A stretch of 64,000 bases of DNA from Lama glama (taxonomy: Eukaryota): the NCBI GenBank assembly GCA_028534125.1, contig CM052816.1:28088001-28152000 (forward strand), read 5' to 3'. The position numbers and the translations under genes are program-made. Numbering within the stretch: position 1 is the stretch's first letter; the number at the start of each line of letters is the position of its first letter. The notes beneath the pieces are model-generated. The model ran no database searches. It had not been told where the DNA came from and saw nothing but the letters and a program-made list of their open reading frames with translations. This document shows, one piece after another, positions 38,415 to 50,370 of this stretch.

Positions 38415-39419
38415 CTGTAAGTTTCCAAGTAAACAAAATTTCTTCGAAATGATGAGGGCAAAGTGTCATATGTATAATGGCTTTGTAAAAGTCCTAATCA
38501 TTAAATATTTGCTCTGAATCATATTTAAATGTACATTATACAGAAATTTAGCCCCAGGACATACCAGGAATAATTTCTTCCGTGTAACATTTGAAAATTT
38601 CCTTCCCACATATTAGCTTCATTTCACACATTATTCTCTATGTTAAAGAACTCATGTTTTAATTCTTTAGTCAAAGTCTATAGAGCTTCTCACTGATCTC
38701 TTAGTTTAATTCAGCCAAAGATTCAGGATAGCACTGGATTTTAATGTGGAATAATTCTATGTTTCCAGCAGGAGACTGAGTTATGCCAGTGAAACTTTTT
38801 TTTTTTATAACAATAGTTACATCACATTTTAACAACAGATTCTTCTATATTTCTGCCCTTTCAGAGCATGTAATTATTTCCTTTCATAGTTACTTAGATT
38901 AGATCTAATATACCCTGAAAAATTTTTGATAGTTCTTGCAAACATCTTCAGAACTAGTGAAGATTAAACGGGTAAGAAAATTATTAAGTAATTCAACCTG
39001 TAGATACTGTTTTACTGTCTTCAAGAGCTTTTTATTGTTTGAACAATTAATAGTGTGATGGAACATATGTATACATATCCCATAATTAAATGTAAATTTA
39101 GAATACTCACCCCACAACCTCAAAATTAGAAAAGAAAGGGTAGGAAAAAAATTGGGCTCTTGCTTTATCATCTGAATACCTTATACAGCATGGTTAGTGC
39201 CTTGTGTGGATTTCCTCTTTCAAGAAGGAAATAATCTATTTTATTTACATAGATAAGACTCACAATGAAAACAGCTGAAAGTAAATGATTTTTAACTAAC
39301 TAAATATACTTACTTATTTTCCTTAAGAGGCAAAGGGTTTTATAGAAAAGCAGTCTTTGAATTTCTCCCTAATTAACTTCATAGAGAAAAAAAACTTCCA
39401 AATTTCATTTATGACTCTT

Positions 39420-39730
39420 TAATATATTTTAGACATCAGCTTAAATGGTATCTCTCAGCAGGGGGTTTCTGACCTTCCAGTATAAAGGGATTATCCAATC
39501 ACTACTTATCAGTCTATCCTAATTTTAAAAATTCCTATATATAATTTATTTCAATCTGATTTTTATATTTTATTTGTATGGTTATTTTGTTCATCTTTCT
39601 TTTGAAATGTAAGCTACAAGAAACAAAGGGAACTTTGTCTTATATATCACTATTTCTGCAATGCTGAATGAACATAACAATACTCAGTTCTCCCTACCTG
39701 TGAGAGTGAATAAGAAAATGTTGGTTGATT
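39420..39730 (+). mobile_element. L2 3' end
   Basis: 'cagcttaaatggtatctctcagcagggggtttctgacc...aatgtaagctacaagaaacaaagggaactttgtctt...atcactatttctgca'. Confidence 0.7.
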
Positions 39731-40169
39731 CCGTATCTGTCCTATTCTAGAGTAGAATAGATGTTGCTTAGAATATAATTTCAATGTCTTTATCTTTTTT
39801 TTTTTTTTAATACAAACTCTGGCTCTGTTAGGCTACAATTCCTTTGCCATAAATCATTGCTGATGGTGCTGTTACTGAGATCTCATATTTACTATAAAAG
39901 ACTTTTTTAACAGGAAAAATACGTTTGACCATTCAGTTCAATTACTTGGCACCTTTTCATGCTTTTATTGTTTTCAATGGCTTAAAATACATTTAAATAT
40001 CTCCAATTATCTGCTCATTACTACCTGGAAGAGAAAAAAGATGAGCTACATTGGAAGTGATTTGGCATCTGAATGTTCAATTATTTAGACTCTGAACGCT
40101 AATTTTAGTGAGAAAATATCGTAAAGGATAGCATTAGACAGCTCTGAAGTTTTAAAAAATCAGTAGGCA

Positions 40170-40400
40170 ATAATGATACTAATAAGCTATTATTTGTACT
40201 GTTTACTCTTCATCAAGAACTCTTCAAAGGGTTTTATAAACTTTAGCTTATGTTAATATCAATAACTCTTCTATGAAATTGGTAGTATTGTTACCTCCAT
40301 TTTAGAGATAAAGAAGCTGAAAAACAAGAGAAAAAAACATAAGCCACCACATGTTAAACAAATTAATGTCTGACATAATCTGAATCCAAGATCTGTGGTT
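40170..40400 (-). mobile_element. MIR SINE (antisense)
   Basis: 'ctatgaaattggtagtattgttacctccattttagagataaagaagctga...tctgaatccaagatctgt'. Confidence 0.7.
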
Positions 40401-40480
40401 CAGCAGAATAGAAGAGATATGATGGAACACCTGCATCCAGTTATACATACAAATATTATACCAATACCATGAAATTCTGC

Positions 40481-41720
40481 TTAAGACAATGTGAACCTTC
40501 TAGAAGAAAACATAAGCAAAACATTTTCTGACATAAATCTTAGCAATGTTCTCCTAGGGCAGTCTACCCAGGCAACAGAAATAAACCTAAAATACACTAA
40601 TGGAACCTAATTAAACTCATATGCTTTTGCACAGCAAAGGAAATTATAAGCAAAACAAAATGACAACCTATGGAATGGGAGAAAATATTTGTAAATGATG
40701 CAACTAACAAAGGTTTAATTCCCAGAATATATAAACACCTCATAAAACTTAGTAAGAAAAAAACAAATAATCCAATCCAAAAATGGGCAGAAGACCTAAA
40801 TAAGTGATTCTCCAATTAAGACATACAAACGGCCAATAGGCACATGAGAAAACGCTCAATATCCCTAATTATCAGAGAACTGCTAATCAAAACTACAATG
40901 AGGTTATCACCTCACACCAGTCAGAATGGCTGTCATTCAAAAGTCCACAAACAATAAATGCTGGAGAGGGTGTGGAGAAAAGGGAACTCTCCTACACTGT
41001 TGGTGGGAATGTAGTCTGGTGCAGCCATTATGGAAAACAGTATGGAGATTCCTCAAAAGACTAAAAACACACTTACCATATGATCCAACAATCTCACTCC
41101 TAGGCATATACCCAGAGGAAACTAATTTGAAAAGATACTTGCACCCAATGTTCAAAGTAGCACTATATACAATAGCCAAGACATGGAAGCAACCTAAAGG
41201 ACTACTCGGCATGTGTATATTTATACAATAGAATACTACTTGGCCATAAAAAGAATTAAATAATGCCATTTGTGTCAACATGGGTGGACCTGGAGATTGT
41301 CATTCTAAGTGAAGTAAGCTAGAAAGAGAAAGAAAAATACCATATGATATCACTCATGTGTGGAATAAAAAAAGAGAAAAAAGAAAAAAGAGGACACTAA
41401 AGAACTCATCTACAAAAAAGAAACAGACTTGCAGACATAGTAAACAATATTATGGTTATCGGGGGAAAGGGAGTGGGAAGGGATAAACTGGGAGCTCGAG
41501 ATTTGCAAATATTAACTACTATATATAAAAATAGATAAAAACAAATTTCTTCTGTATAGCACAGGGAACTATATTCAATACCTTATAATAATCTTTAATG
41601 AAAAAAGAATATGAAAATATATGTATATATATATGCATGACTAGGACATTAAGCTCAACAGAAACTGACACACTGTAACTGATTATACTTCAATAAAAAT
41701 TATAGAAATATTAAAGGAAA
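40481..41720 (+). mobile_element. 5'-truncated LINE-1 (ORF2 C-terminus and 3'UTR)
   Basis: Peptide [34 protein letters not shown]-rich box 'ggggaaagggagtgggaagggataaac'; AATAAA at about 41692. No convincing TSD. Confidence 0.95.
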
Positions 41721-42796
41721 AATTTTTCATATCTGAAAAGAATAAGACTTTTTTGGGACAGCAACATTACCCTAAGTCTAAATAAATAAAACCAAATTAC
41801 TCAGTGATTTTGATTTTACATCACAAAGGATTTTTTTTAAAATCTTTAATCACTCTCTTCACTCCTATAAAAAAAAATTGCCTCTTCCAGTGTCAACTTC
41901 AGTAATCTGCCAGTTAGAAATTTGTGATGACAATAAACTATTTTCTCTGTTTAAGGATAATACAAAATGAGAATATCATGCCACACAAAATATTATTATA
42001 GTAAGAAAATCTATGAACAGTGCTTGGCAGAGAATCTGGTACATTGCAAACCTCAGTGAATACTTTTTCCATTTCCTTTATTAAATACTCTTGTTAATGT
42101 AGTTGCTCCAATCTTTGCTATTTTTTTTAATGACTTCTCAGAAGTCCAAATCTTCTTTTTTCAAATAACTGAAACCTTGATTAGAATACATTAAGCCCTG
42201 GAAGATTTAGGATCATTTCAAGATCATAACTGAGCTTAAAAGCTAATTCTGTACAAACTTCAATTACAATTGAAATCCATTATGAAATTGCTCTCTGAGA
42301 AAAAACATATTTATACACACACATATATACGCATATAAATAATAGTATAAATATGGCAAAAAATTCATTTTTTGAAAAAAGTTGATAAACTGCAGTATAA
42401 AAGCCATTTTGTTGGAACACATAAGATAATCAACTAACAGTGCTCTTAATTTTTCCAATGTAATAGAGCAAGTAAGAGAAACATTACTAGCAATGTACTT
42501 CTCAGATCCACAATTTTGAGAGTGGAAATTTTAAAAATATAGCTTCTCTATTTAATCATATTCACCTATTTCTTTGATTTTTTTTTCTTTAGCACTTCCT
42601 CTGTCCAGCCTGACTTTCTGACTTATTTTAAGCACTGTAGAGTTTAACTTCTCAAAAATAGTTTAAACACAGGACATCTTATTTTGTTTACGTATTTCCA
42701 TAAATTCTAATGTAATAAAGGGATCTTACCTTTATTTGTAATTTTTTAGGGAAATAATGACTGCCTCAAAAAGTCAAGTTCAAGTTTCAATTATTC

Positions 42797-43576
42797 ATTT
42801 TTTTAAATGAAATACAGTTGATTTACAATGTTGTTAGTTTCTGGTATACAGTATAGTGATTCAGTTATACATATATATTATTTTCATATTCTTTTTGGTT
42901 ATATATTATTATAAGATATTATAAGAAAATAGTTTCCTATGTTATACAGCTGGATCTTGTTTATCTGTTCTGTATATAGTACTTTGTATCTGCTATTACA
43001 AACTCCCAATTTATCCCTTCCCCAAGTCTTTTTCCCCTGGTAACCATAAGTTTGTTTTCTATGTCTGTGAGTTTGTTTCTGTTTTGTAAGTTCATGTCAT
43101 TCTTTTAGATTCCACATATAAGTGATATCATATTTGTCTTTCTCTGTCTGACCTATTTTACTTAGACTTACATCACTTAGCAATCTCATTCCTGGGCATA
43201 TATCTGGAGAAAATTCTAATTTGAAAAGATACATGCACCCCAATGTTCACAGCAGCACTATTTACCATAGCCAAGACATAGAAGCAACTCAAGAACCCAC
43301 TGACAGATAACTGGATTAAGATGTGCCATATATATATATCTTTAATTCAAGGATGGAAAGAGCCTGGAAACAAACAAAAGACTTCAGCCTAAGTGACATT
43401 TGAACACCACCTTTGCTTCATGGACTTCCCTCTGGTGTCACCTGTGATTAACAACAGCTACTCAGAACTCCCTGAGTACAGATCATATATATATGATGGA
43501 ATACTATTCAGACACAAGAAAAAATGAAATAATGCCATTTGCAGTAACATAGATGGACCTACGGATTGTCATACTA
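42797..43576 (-). mobile_element. 5'-inverted (twin-primed) L1 insertion with TSD
   Basis: poly-T at 42798-42804, antisense 3'UTR to about 43165, then a sense-oriented upstream L1 segment at 43179-43576. TSD AAGTTTCAATTATTC (42782-42796) / AAGTTCAATTATTC (43577-43590). Confidence 0.92.
43339..43486 (+). repeat. 148-bp copy of 45017-45164 inserted in an L1 (TA)n tract
   Basis: Direct comparison shows 2 mismatches in 148 bp. Confidence 0.97.
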
Positions 43577-43859
43577 AAGTTCAATTATTCTTGATCTCTG
43601 CTCCTTGGACCCTCAGCTTCTGTGTTAAGAAGCTGATAATGAAAGTGCTTTAGTTGAAAGGCTATTACATGGTAAATCAGGGGACCAGGTTTCTACTTCC
43701 AAATGGAATATGGACTACCTGTTTGACCTTGAAGAAGCACAAACTATCTTTGAACCAAAATTTTATGATTTATAGAAAGGGGATTCTATTATATTACTAA
43801 TAAAACTTCCAATTCCAAAAATGTATTTTAGATTACCAACTACTGTCTAAGCATGGTTG

Positions 43860-44460
43860 CAGCAGAATTTCTCAAACTCTGCTGTTGTGAATGTAAGTTG
43901 CTAAAACCATTTCAGAAATCAATCTGGCATTACCTTATAAAGTTGAAGATGTACAGTGTGATTCAGTAATCCACATCCCAGAGAAACTCGTCCACATGTG
44001 AATGGAGAGGGTCATATAAGAATGCTCACAATAGTGATATGTTCTATCCCAAAGTTAAAACAACATTCCTCTGTAAGCAGAGTAATGAAAATAGTTTGCA
44101 CAGAGGACTGAAAAAGTAAATGAGTCACAACGGGACACTTTAATATGGATATATCTCAAAAACATAACATTTAAAGAGAAACAAGTCACATACAGCCTGA
44201 TTCTACTTCAACAAAGAAAGCAAAATGAGTGCTATTATTTAAGGCACACATACTTGTACTAAACTATAACCAATACCAAAGACTGATTATTACAAAATTC
44301 AAAATAATGTGTAACTCTGAGGTGGAAGGAAGAGGATGTAATTGATGAAGAGTGCACAGGGGGCTTCTAATTTCTATTTCTTAAGTTGAATGTCAGGTAC
44401 AGAGGACACTTACACTATCCATTAAATTATATCTAAATGTTATATATACCCTCTTCATTT
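43860..44460 (+). mobile_element. L1ME/L1MC-like 3' end
   Basis: 'gaatgtaagttgctaaaaccatttcagaaatcaatctggcattacc...aaagttgaagatg...ccagagaaactc...ggatatatctcaaaaacataa...gtgcacagggggcttcta'. Confidence 0.7.
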
Positions 44461-45016
44461 TTGAAGTTTGAAAATTACTATGTCTAAGATGGCTAAATGA
44501 TTGCTGTCATTTCTGCTGAACACAGAAGTCTTTCTGAAAACACATGATTGATTGACATTTGCAGAATCCTCATTACCCCTGTAAATGATGAGAGTAGAGT
44601 CATGTGTAATTTTTATTCTGTTGAGGAAGCAAAACATCCACGAACCCTTCCCAAGGTTTTATTTTTGCCTTTGGCCTTGGTGGCCATCAGAATGACACTC
44701 AATCTCTTCACCACTGGTTTAAAGTGCTTCTAAAACCACATTCATAATTAATCATCCTTGTTTGTTTACCTAAGCAGCTTATCTGCCAATGACAGCAATG
44801 GCAGCTAGGATAAATGAAATTCTCACTTAAGCAGTTCAACTGAGCAAGCCCCACCCACTGGCCTGGTGCTGGAGAAATACCCTCTCTCTGCTTGTTCCTA
44901 TTTGAAAAGGTGACTAAGGTTCTTCTTTTAAACTCTTAATTCAAAGGTAGTATTGCTGAATAATTTTAGTTCTAACTCTGAAACACCTTTTATTATTTGG
45001 AACATCATTTTAAAAG

Positions 45017-45164
45017 TCTTTAATTCAAGGATGGGAAGAGCCTGGAAACAAACAAAAGACTTCAGCCTAAGTGACATTTGAACACCACCTTTGCTTCATG
45101 GACTTCCCTCTGGTGTCACCTGTGATTAACAACAGCTACTCAGAACTCCCTGAGTATAGATCAT
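45017..45164 (+). repeat. Presumed donor copy of the 148-bp duplication
   Basis: Near-identical to 43339-43486; embedded in apparently unique flanking sequence. Confidence 0.95.
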
Positions 45165-45854
45165 CATATGAAACATTTAACAGAAATATGAGCTAACTAT
45201 TTTTGAGTTCAAGGAAATCTCTACAGATAAGAAACTATCCCCCCCCCCCGATAACATATCAAATTTCTACTGTCAGAATTATGGTCCTTTAAGACTGAAC
45301 AAATCTTGCTCTCTCACATAGGCAGTTACCATCAGCAATACTGTCATTAGTGCCAGTTAAAATAATTACTGAGATGTAAAGAAAAGGGCTAAAGATAGGT
45401 ACAAAGCATCAGTCAGTTCATACATTCAGACTCTCAAAATCTTAATTGATGTTAAGTTTTTATACAAATAGTATTTTGCTTTTTAGCAAGGACAAGTTTG
45501 GGTGCCTTCTATGATTTGGGCAAATACAAATATTGAAAGTCTCCAGGTCAGTGTGACCTGGAAGGGCCTAGGTGAGCATTGCTGGGGCAACACAATGTCT
45601 TTTTTGCTAGGGTGAGACATGAGGCTGGAGAGATGGGTCAGAATATGGCCATAGAAATCAGAGAGAAATCATAAAAAATACTTCTTTTAGGAAGAAGCAG
45701 CAGGAAAATGGAGAAATTTATAGATGGATAAGTCTTTCCCATTTATCCAAATTTTTTAAGATTGGTTTCAATTAAAAAATGACTCTTCTTGAGAAAGATG
45801 ACCAAAGTGAAATCAGTATGAAATACTTGCACCTTTTCTGCCATTTGTTAACAC

Positions 45855-46170
45855 TTATGGAGTGAAAGACAAAACTAAAGAGATGATTTTGTTCAGGTTA
45901 AAGCAATAGAGAGAACATTCATTAATAAAGAAGATCTTAAAGAAAAGGAAACAGGCCTGGGTGTTACAGAGGCTGGGAAACAAGAGAGTCATCCAAGAGT
46001 CTGGTGGGAGTCAAGAGGAAGAATGGAAACGGTCCTGTCTGGGAATATGCAAGGGCAGGGTGCTCTTTACTGTCACACTGTCCCAGAACCCAGGATAGGC
46101 AGATTTTGTAAGTGTTGCTACTTTCTGGGACCCCAGGGCTCAGATAAAGTTGAGCAATGCCCCCAGTAAT
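45855..46170 (-). mobile_element. Possible old LTR fragment
   Basis: Purine-rich LTR-like text ending 'tttctgggaccccagggctcagataaagttgagca'; family not assigned. Confidence 0.3.
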
Positions 46171-47795
46171 AATGACAAAATAATATTGAGAATGACTGAA
46201 CGTTCACTCTGATATTAGAACTACTTACAACCTACTAGGCACATGGCTTACACTATGGACTGTAAATCTATAAAACATGTGTACTGTGCTTCAGTTTCTC
46301 CTCGTTAGGGAGCATCCTGCCTAATGTCTGGGCACACTCATGCAAGCTCGTGTTCCACTACGTGCTGCTACTAAGTTTGCATCCCGTATTTCAAAGATAC
46401 ACAGAACAGAAGCCACCAGCCCTCAACTTACAGGTAGAATGTATCACAATAAATATTTGCTGTTGTGAGTCACTAAGACGTGTAGGTTATTTATTCAAAA
46501 AAACAAAAAACTCTTTTGTTTCCCATCATAATACTATTTAGTGCTTATCAAACTGAAACTTCCTGCACTTCATGGCTATGCTTTAAGTGTACAGGGTCCT
46601 AACATCATTACTTCATCTAAATAGGTCCTTTAGGCAGCACTCTCCACCCCAGGGTTTTTCCAAAGCTATCAAACTACTTGCCTTTTGTAAATCATTGTTC
46701 AAATTTATTGGGTTATTGTTTTGTTGATTCATCATTCTAAATAGAACGCAGGGGTGAATGGCTGAAAACTGCTTAGTTAACTTCTCAGAACATATCTGCA
46801 TTTTGAAGAAAGCTTTCACTTATTTATTATAAAAGAGTGAATATGTGGGCAGTTAGGTGCTTAAGCAAAACGGACATTCACTGTAAGTGGAGGCTTTGTG
46901 AACTTCAGATTATAAATTCGAGTCACCTGCCTCTAATGTCTGCATGTTTAAATCCATTTTCAAAGAAAAAAAGTAAAACACACTTCTGATTTAAAAGTGA
47001 GCATTTCAGCATAATAAAGAGTAACAAAATAACATTCAACCGGTCTCATTTTAAAATAGATACATAATTAAATCAAAACTGTCAATCATACTTCATTTCG
47101 GGTTATAATATAGCTATATAACTACGTCATTGTATTTTTTAGTGCATGAAAGTTGGGAAGAAAGATCTTTTAACCTTCAAATTCATTGGACTCTTAGCAT
47201 AAACCCAAGGTAACCTAGATATGGGAGATAGGTTAAGTTCATATTTGTGGCTGTTTTCATGATCACATTAGAAAAAATTTCTTATTTCTTTCATGATTGT
47301 TCTACATGGAATCCTTTTCTGAAGTCATTCACACAGTTTAACTTCAGAATAACTGATTCATTCTTCTGATACACTTGAGGTATGAATACCAATTTGGAAA
47401 GCTTAGCCTTCAAAAGAAAAAGTAAATGCTGACATTACATTAAAATCTTCGCTATTTGTGGTCAAGTGCTTAACGAATTTCTGGTTATTTTTATTTCAGA
47501 GACTTGTCAGGTAGATGCCAGCCAACTGTTGGCAAAGCACAAAGGAATTTGGAAATGCGTGTTCAAGTACAACCTAATCTAATTACTCTTGACATCGTCA
47601 GAAAATGTCTTTCATAATACACTTGAGAGACAGCCCGGCTTATGTAGAATACATGTAAAGCAAACCACTTTCCTTTCATGTATTATTATACAAATCTTAC
47701 TACAATTGTGGAAATATTTTACAAAATGCCATAGAACAGTGTTGTATATGTTCAGTTTTTTGAATGTCACCCTTGAACAAGTCTGCCTATCCTAC

Positions 47796-48230
47796 TGAAG
47801 GAGTAGAGAACAAACTAACTAACCGACATCCCTGCCATTATGCTTTCCCTTCCCCCTCTAAAGCTATTCTTGGTAAAGAATTTAACCCAGAGGCTATGGT
47901 CCAGGAAGGAGGTAATAGGCCAATAATCTCAGAAGAATGGACAGACCCTGAGTAGTTCCTCCATGATGCCAGGAGATCATCAAAGTTAAGAGGAATGTAG
48001 CACCCTGTAAAACGCCCTGATTGTCATCACCTTTTCTGTTCATTCCAGTTTTTCTACAAAACCTCAACACCCCTACCCCAAGATGTATTCACAGCCTCTA
48101 AGGCACTAGCCTGCTGTGACTTCCTTTTGCCTGGGAAGGCAATAAAGCTGTTCTTTTCTGATATTCCCAAAACTCTGCCTTCGAGTCTCAATCCGGTTTT
48201 CAGGATACAGAGGCTGGTTTTGCAGCAACA
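47796..48230 (+). mobile_element. Solo LTR (ERV1-like), 435 bp
   Basis: TGAAGG...GCAACA termini; AATAAA at about 48141 followed by 'gctgttcttttct...aaaactctgccttcgag' U5-like sequence; GC-richer than its flanks. TSD not clean (CTAC/CTTT). Confidence 0.8.
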
Positions 48231-48424
48231 CTTTACTCTTTCCTGACCTCAGATCTTCAAATTTTGTGACTGAATTTTAAATCAATGTCTTTAGATTTTT
48301 TTTATAGATGATTTTTAATGCAGTATGATAATCTCCTTAACTGATACACTTCTGTGAACCGTAAGATTAAACAAAAAATTCAGAGAAGTTAAAATCCATA
48401 AAATACAATCCTTTCTGAAAAATT

Positions 48425-50160
48425 TTGATCTTTAAACTTTTTAATTTGAAATCGTTTCAGGCTTAGAGAAAACTCCAAAAAGTTACCAAAAAAAAAAAAA
48501 AAATCCCTTGCCCTGAATTCTAAAATGCAACATTTTATCACAATACTACATTTGCTTTTTCATTCTCTCTCTCCTCACCTCTCTTTATCTCTGGTTAATC
48601 ATTCCTGTAATTAGGCAATTTCATTATTATTTCCAAACAACAACCAAGTCTTTGGAATTATTATAGTTCTCTAAAGTTGTTTTTTTTTTTAATTATCTTT
48701 CTTCTGCCTTCGGATTTATTGTGTTGTTCTTTTTCTAATTACTTAACATAGATGCTTAACTCATGAGTTTTTACCCTCTTTTAATGTTAATATAATGAAT
48801 GAAGGCCATACATTTCAATTACTTTAATTTTTGATGGCATATATTCAATTTTACTTATTTACTTATATCTGCTATTTTTCTATTTAATCCATAGATCACA
48901 CAATATAGTTAATTCTTGATTTTCCAAGCCTCTTCCCTATTGTATTGTGACTTAATTTCAGTTTGTTTGGAGTGGTAGTACATGAGATACATATTTTGTG
49001 AAATTTATCATTACTCTGTACTTGCATATAACTTATGTTTTAGATGATTATTCAATTAAAAATGTGTATTGTCTAGCTAAGTGCAGTGGTCCAAAATCTT
49101 AATTGTGTAGTTCAGATTGGCTATACTATTAATTTTTTTGTCTACCATATCTATCTGGCACTAAAAAATATAAGATATGCAATATGATGGTGGAGCTCTC
49201 AAATGTCCTTGTAATTCTATCAGCTTCTGCTTTGTATATCTTGAAGCTGTCTTGAAACCTGAAAGTTATAACTTTGTCTTCTTTGGAAATTGATTTTTTA
49301 AAAATATATTGCCTGTATCACTGAGAAGCATTTCCAAATATAGCTCATATAGTATTCAGCATTTTCAGTGGTACTATAAATGTGATGGTTTCTTTGCCTC
49401 TGGACTTCAAACTGAGCTGCTATACCCCTAGTATATGAGAGGACATTCCAATGAATATATATTCATTTCATATTTTTGCATCCTATTTTTATAACTGAGA
49501 TCTGTTTAAATTTTCCTTCCTGAATTTATTTTTCTTTGGTTTAGTGTCACAAGAAGTCACCTAATAAAATAACTTAAAAATGACTACTCCCTTTTCTTTT
49601 TCTCTAAAATAGTTTCTATAACATAGATACTAACATTCCTTTGAAGTTTAGTCTTGACTATATATAAAGACTTAATTGGTGTCTGACTAAAAGACCCTGG
49701 GGTAACTATGTGTAGTTTTGTACCATCCACACCTTCTACTTTCTCAATCCTGGAAGATTTCATAAAAAAGAAACAGTCCATATCATTAGTACTTGTTTAT
49801 GACTGTTTTGAAATCAACAATTTTTTCTATTTACTTACATTTAGGGGGGATTCTTAGGTTACAATTATTATTGTTTGCTTTGTAATTTTAACTTTCTGTT
49901 GGATTCTCTTTTTTACAAGTATTTTTTATAATGGATGATTATTTGCATTTAACAGATTATTAACTAGTACTAACAACAATTTTTTTGTCATAATTCCTAT
50001 TTGCATCCATTTGTCATCTTGTGGTTAACAATGTCGAAAAACTATTTCAGAAAAGTTCATGGATGGTGAATTGCCTAGGTCTTTAGACATATGAAAATAT
50101 ATCAGTTCTGCAGTTTACATTGTTGTTTAGCTAGGTTCAGGATTTCTCATGCAAGAAGTC
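48425..50160 (-). mobile_element. Very old antisense L1 fragments
   Basis: T-rich decayed L1 text ('ttttaatttgaaatcgtttcaggcttagagaaa', 'cttgtaattctatcagcttctgctttgtatatcttgaagct'). Confidence 0.5.
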
Positions 50161-50184
50161 TTGTCTCCCAGCTCTGTGACGTTT

Positions 50185-50370
50185 ATTGCAATGGTAAAAG
50201 CATGAACGTTGAAGCCACCCTGGCTGGGTTTGATCCCAGTTCTGCCAATTTCTAGTGAGGGGTCTTGTGTTACTAATTTTATCTCTCTGGGCTTCACTTT
50301 ATCTCAAACATGGCAACATTTACTGCTTCTATCTTATAATGGTTTTAAGCAGTAAATACATTCTTTGAGT
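50185..50370 (+). mobile_element. MIR SINE
   Basis: 'gcaatggtaaaagcatgaac...ctgggtttgatcccagttctgcca...tctctctgggcttcacttt'. Confidence 0.65.

Noticed and set aside
38306..38422. Plus-strand exon reading ending in GCT|GTAAGT
   Set aside because: The upstream acceptor is A-rich with no pyrimidine tract; the minus-strand interpretation fits the other candidates better.
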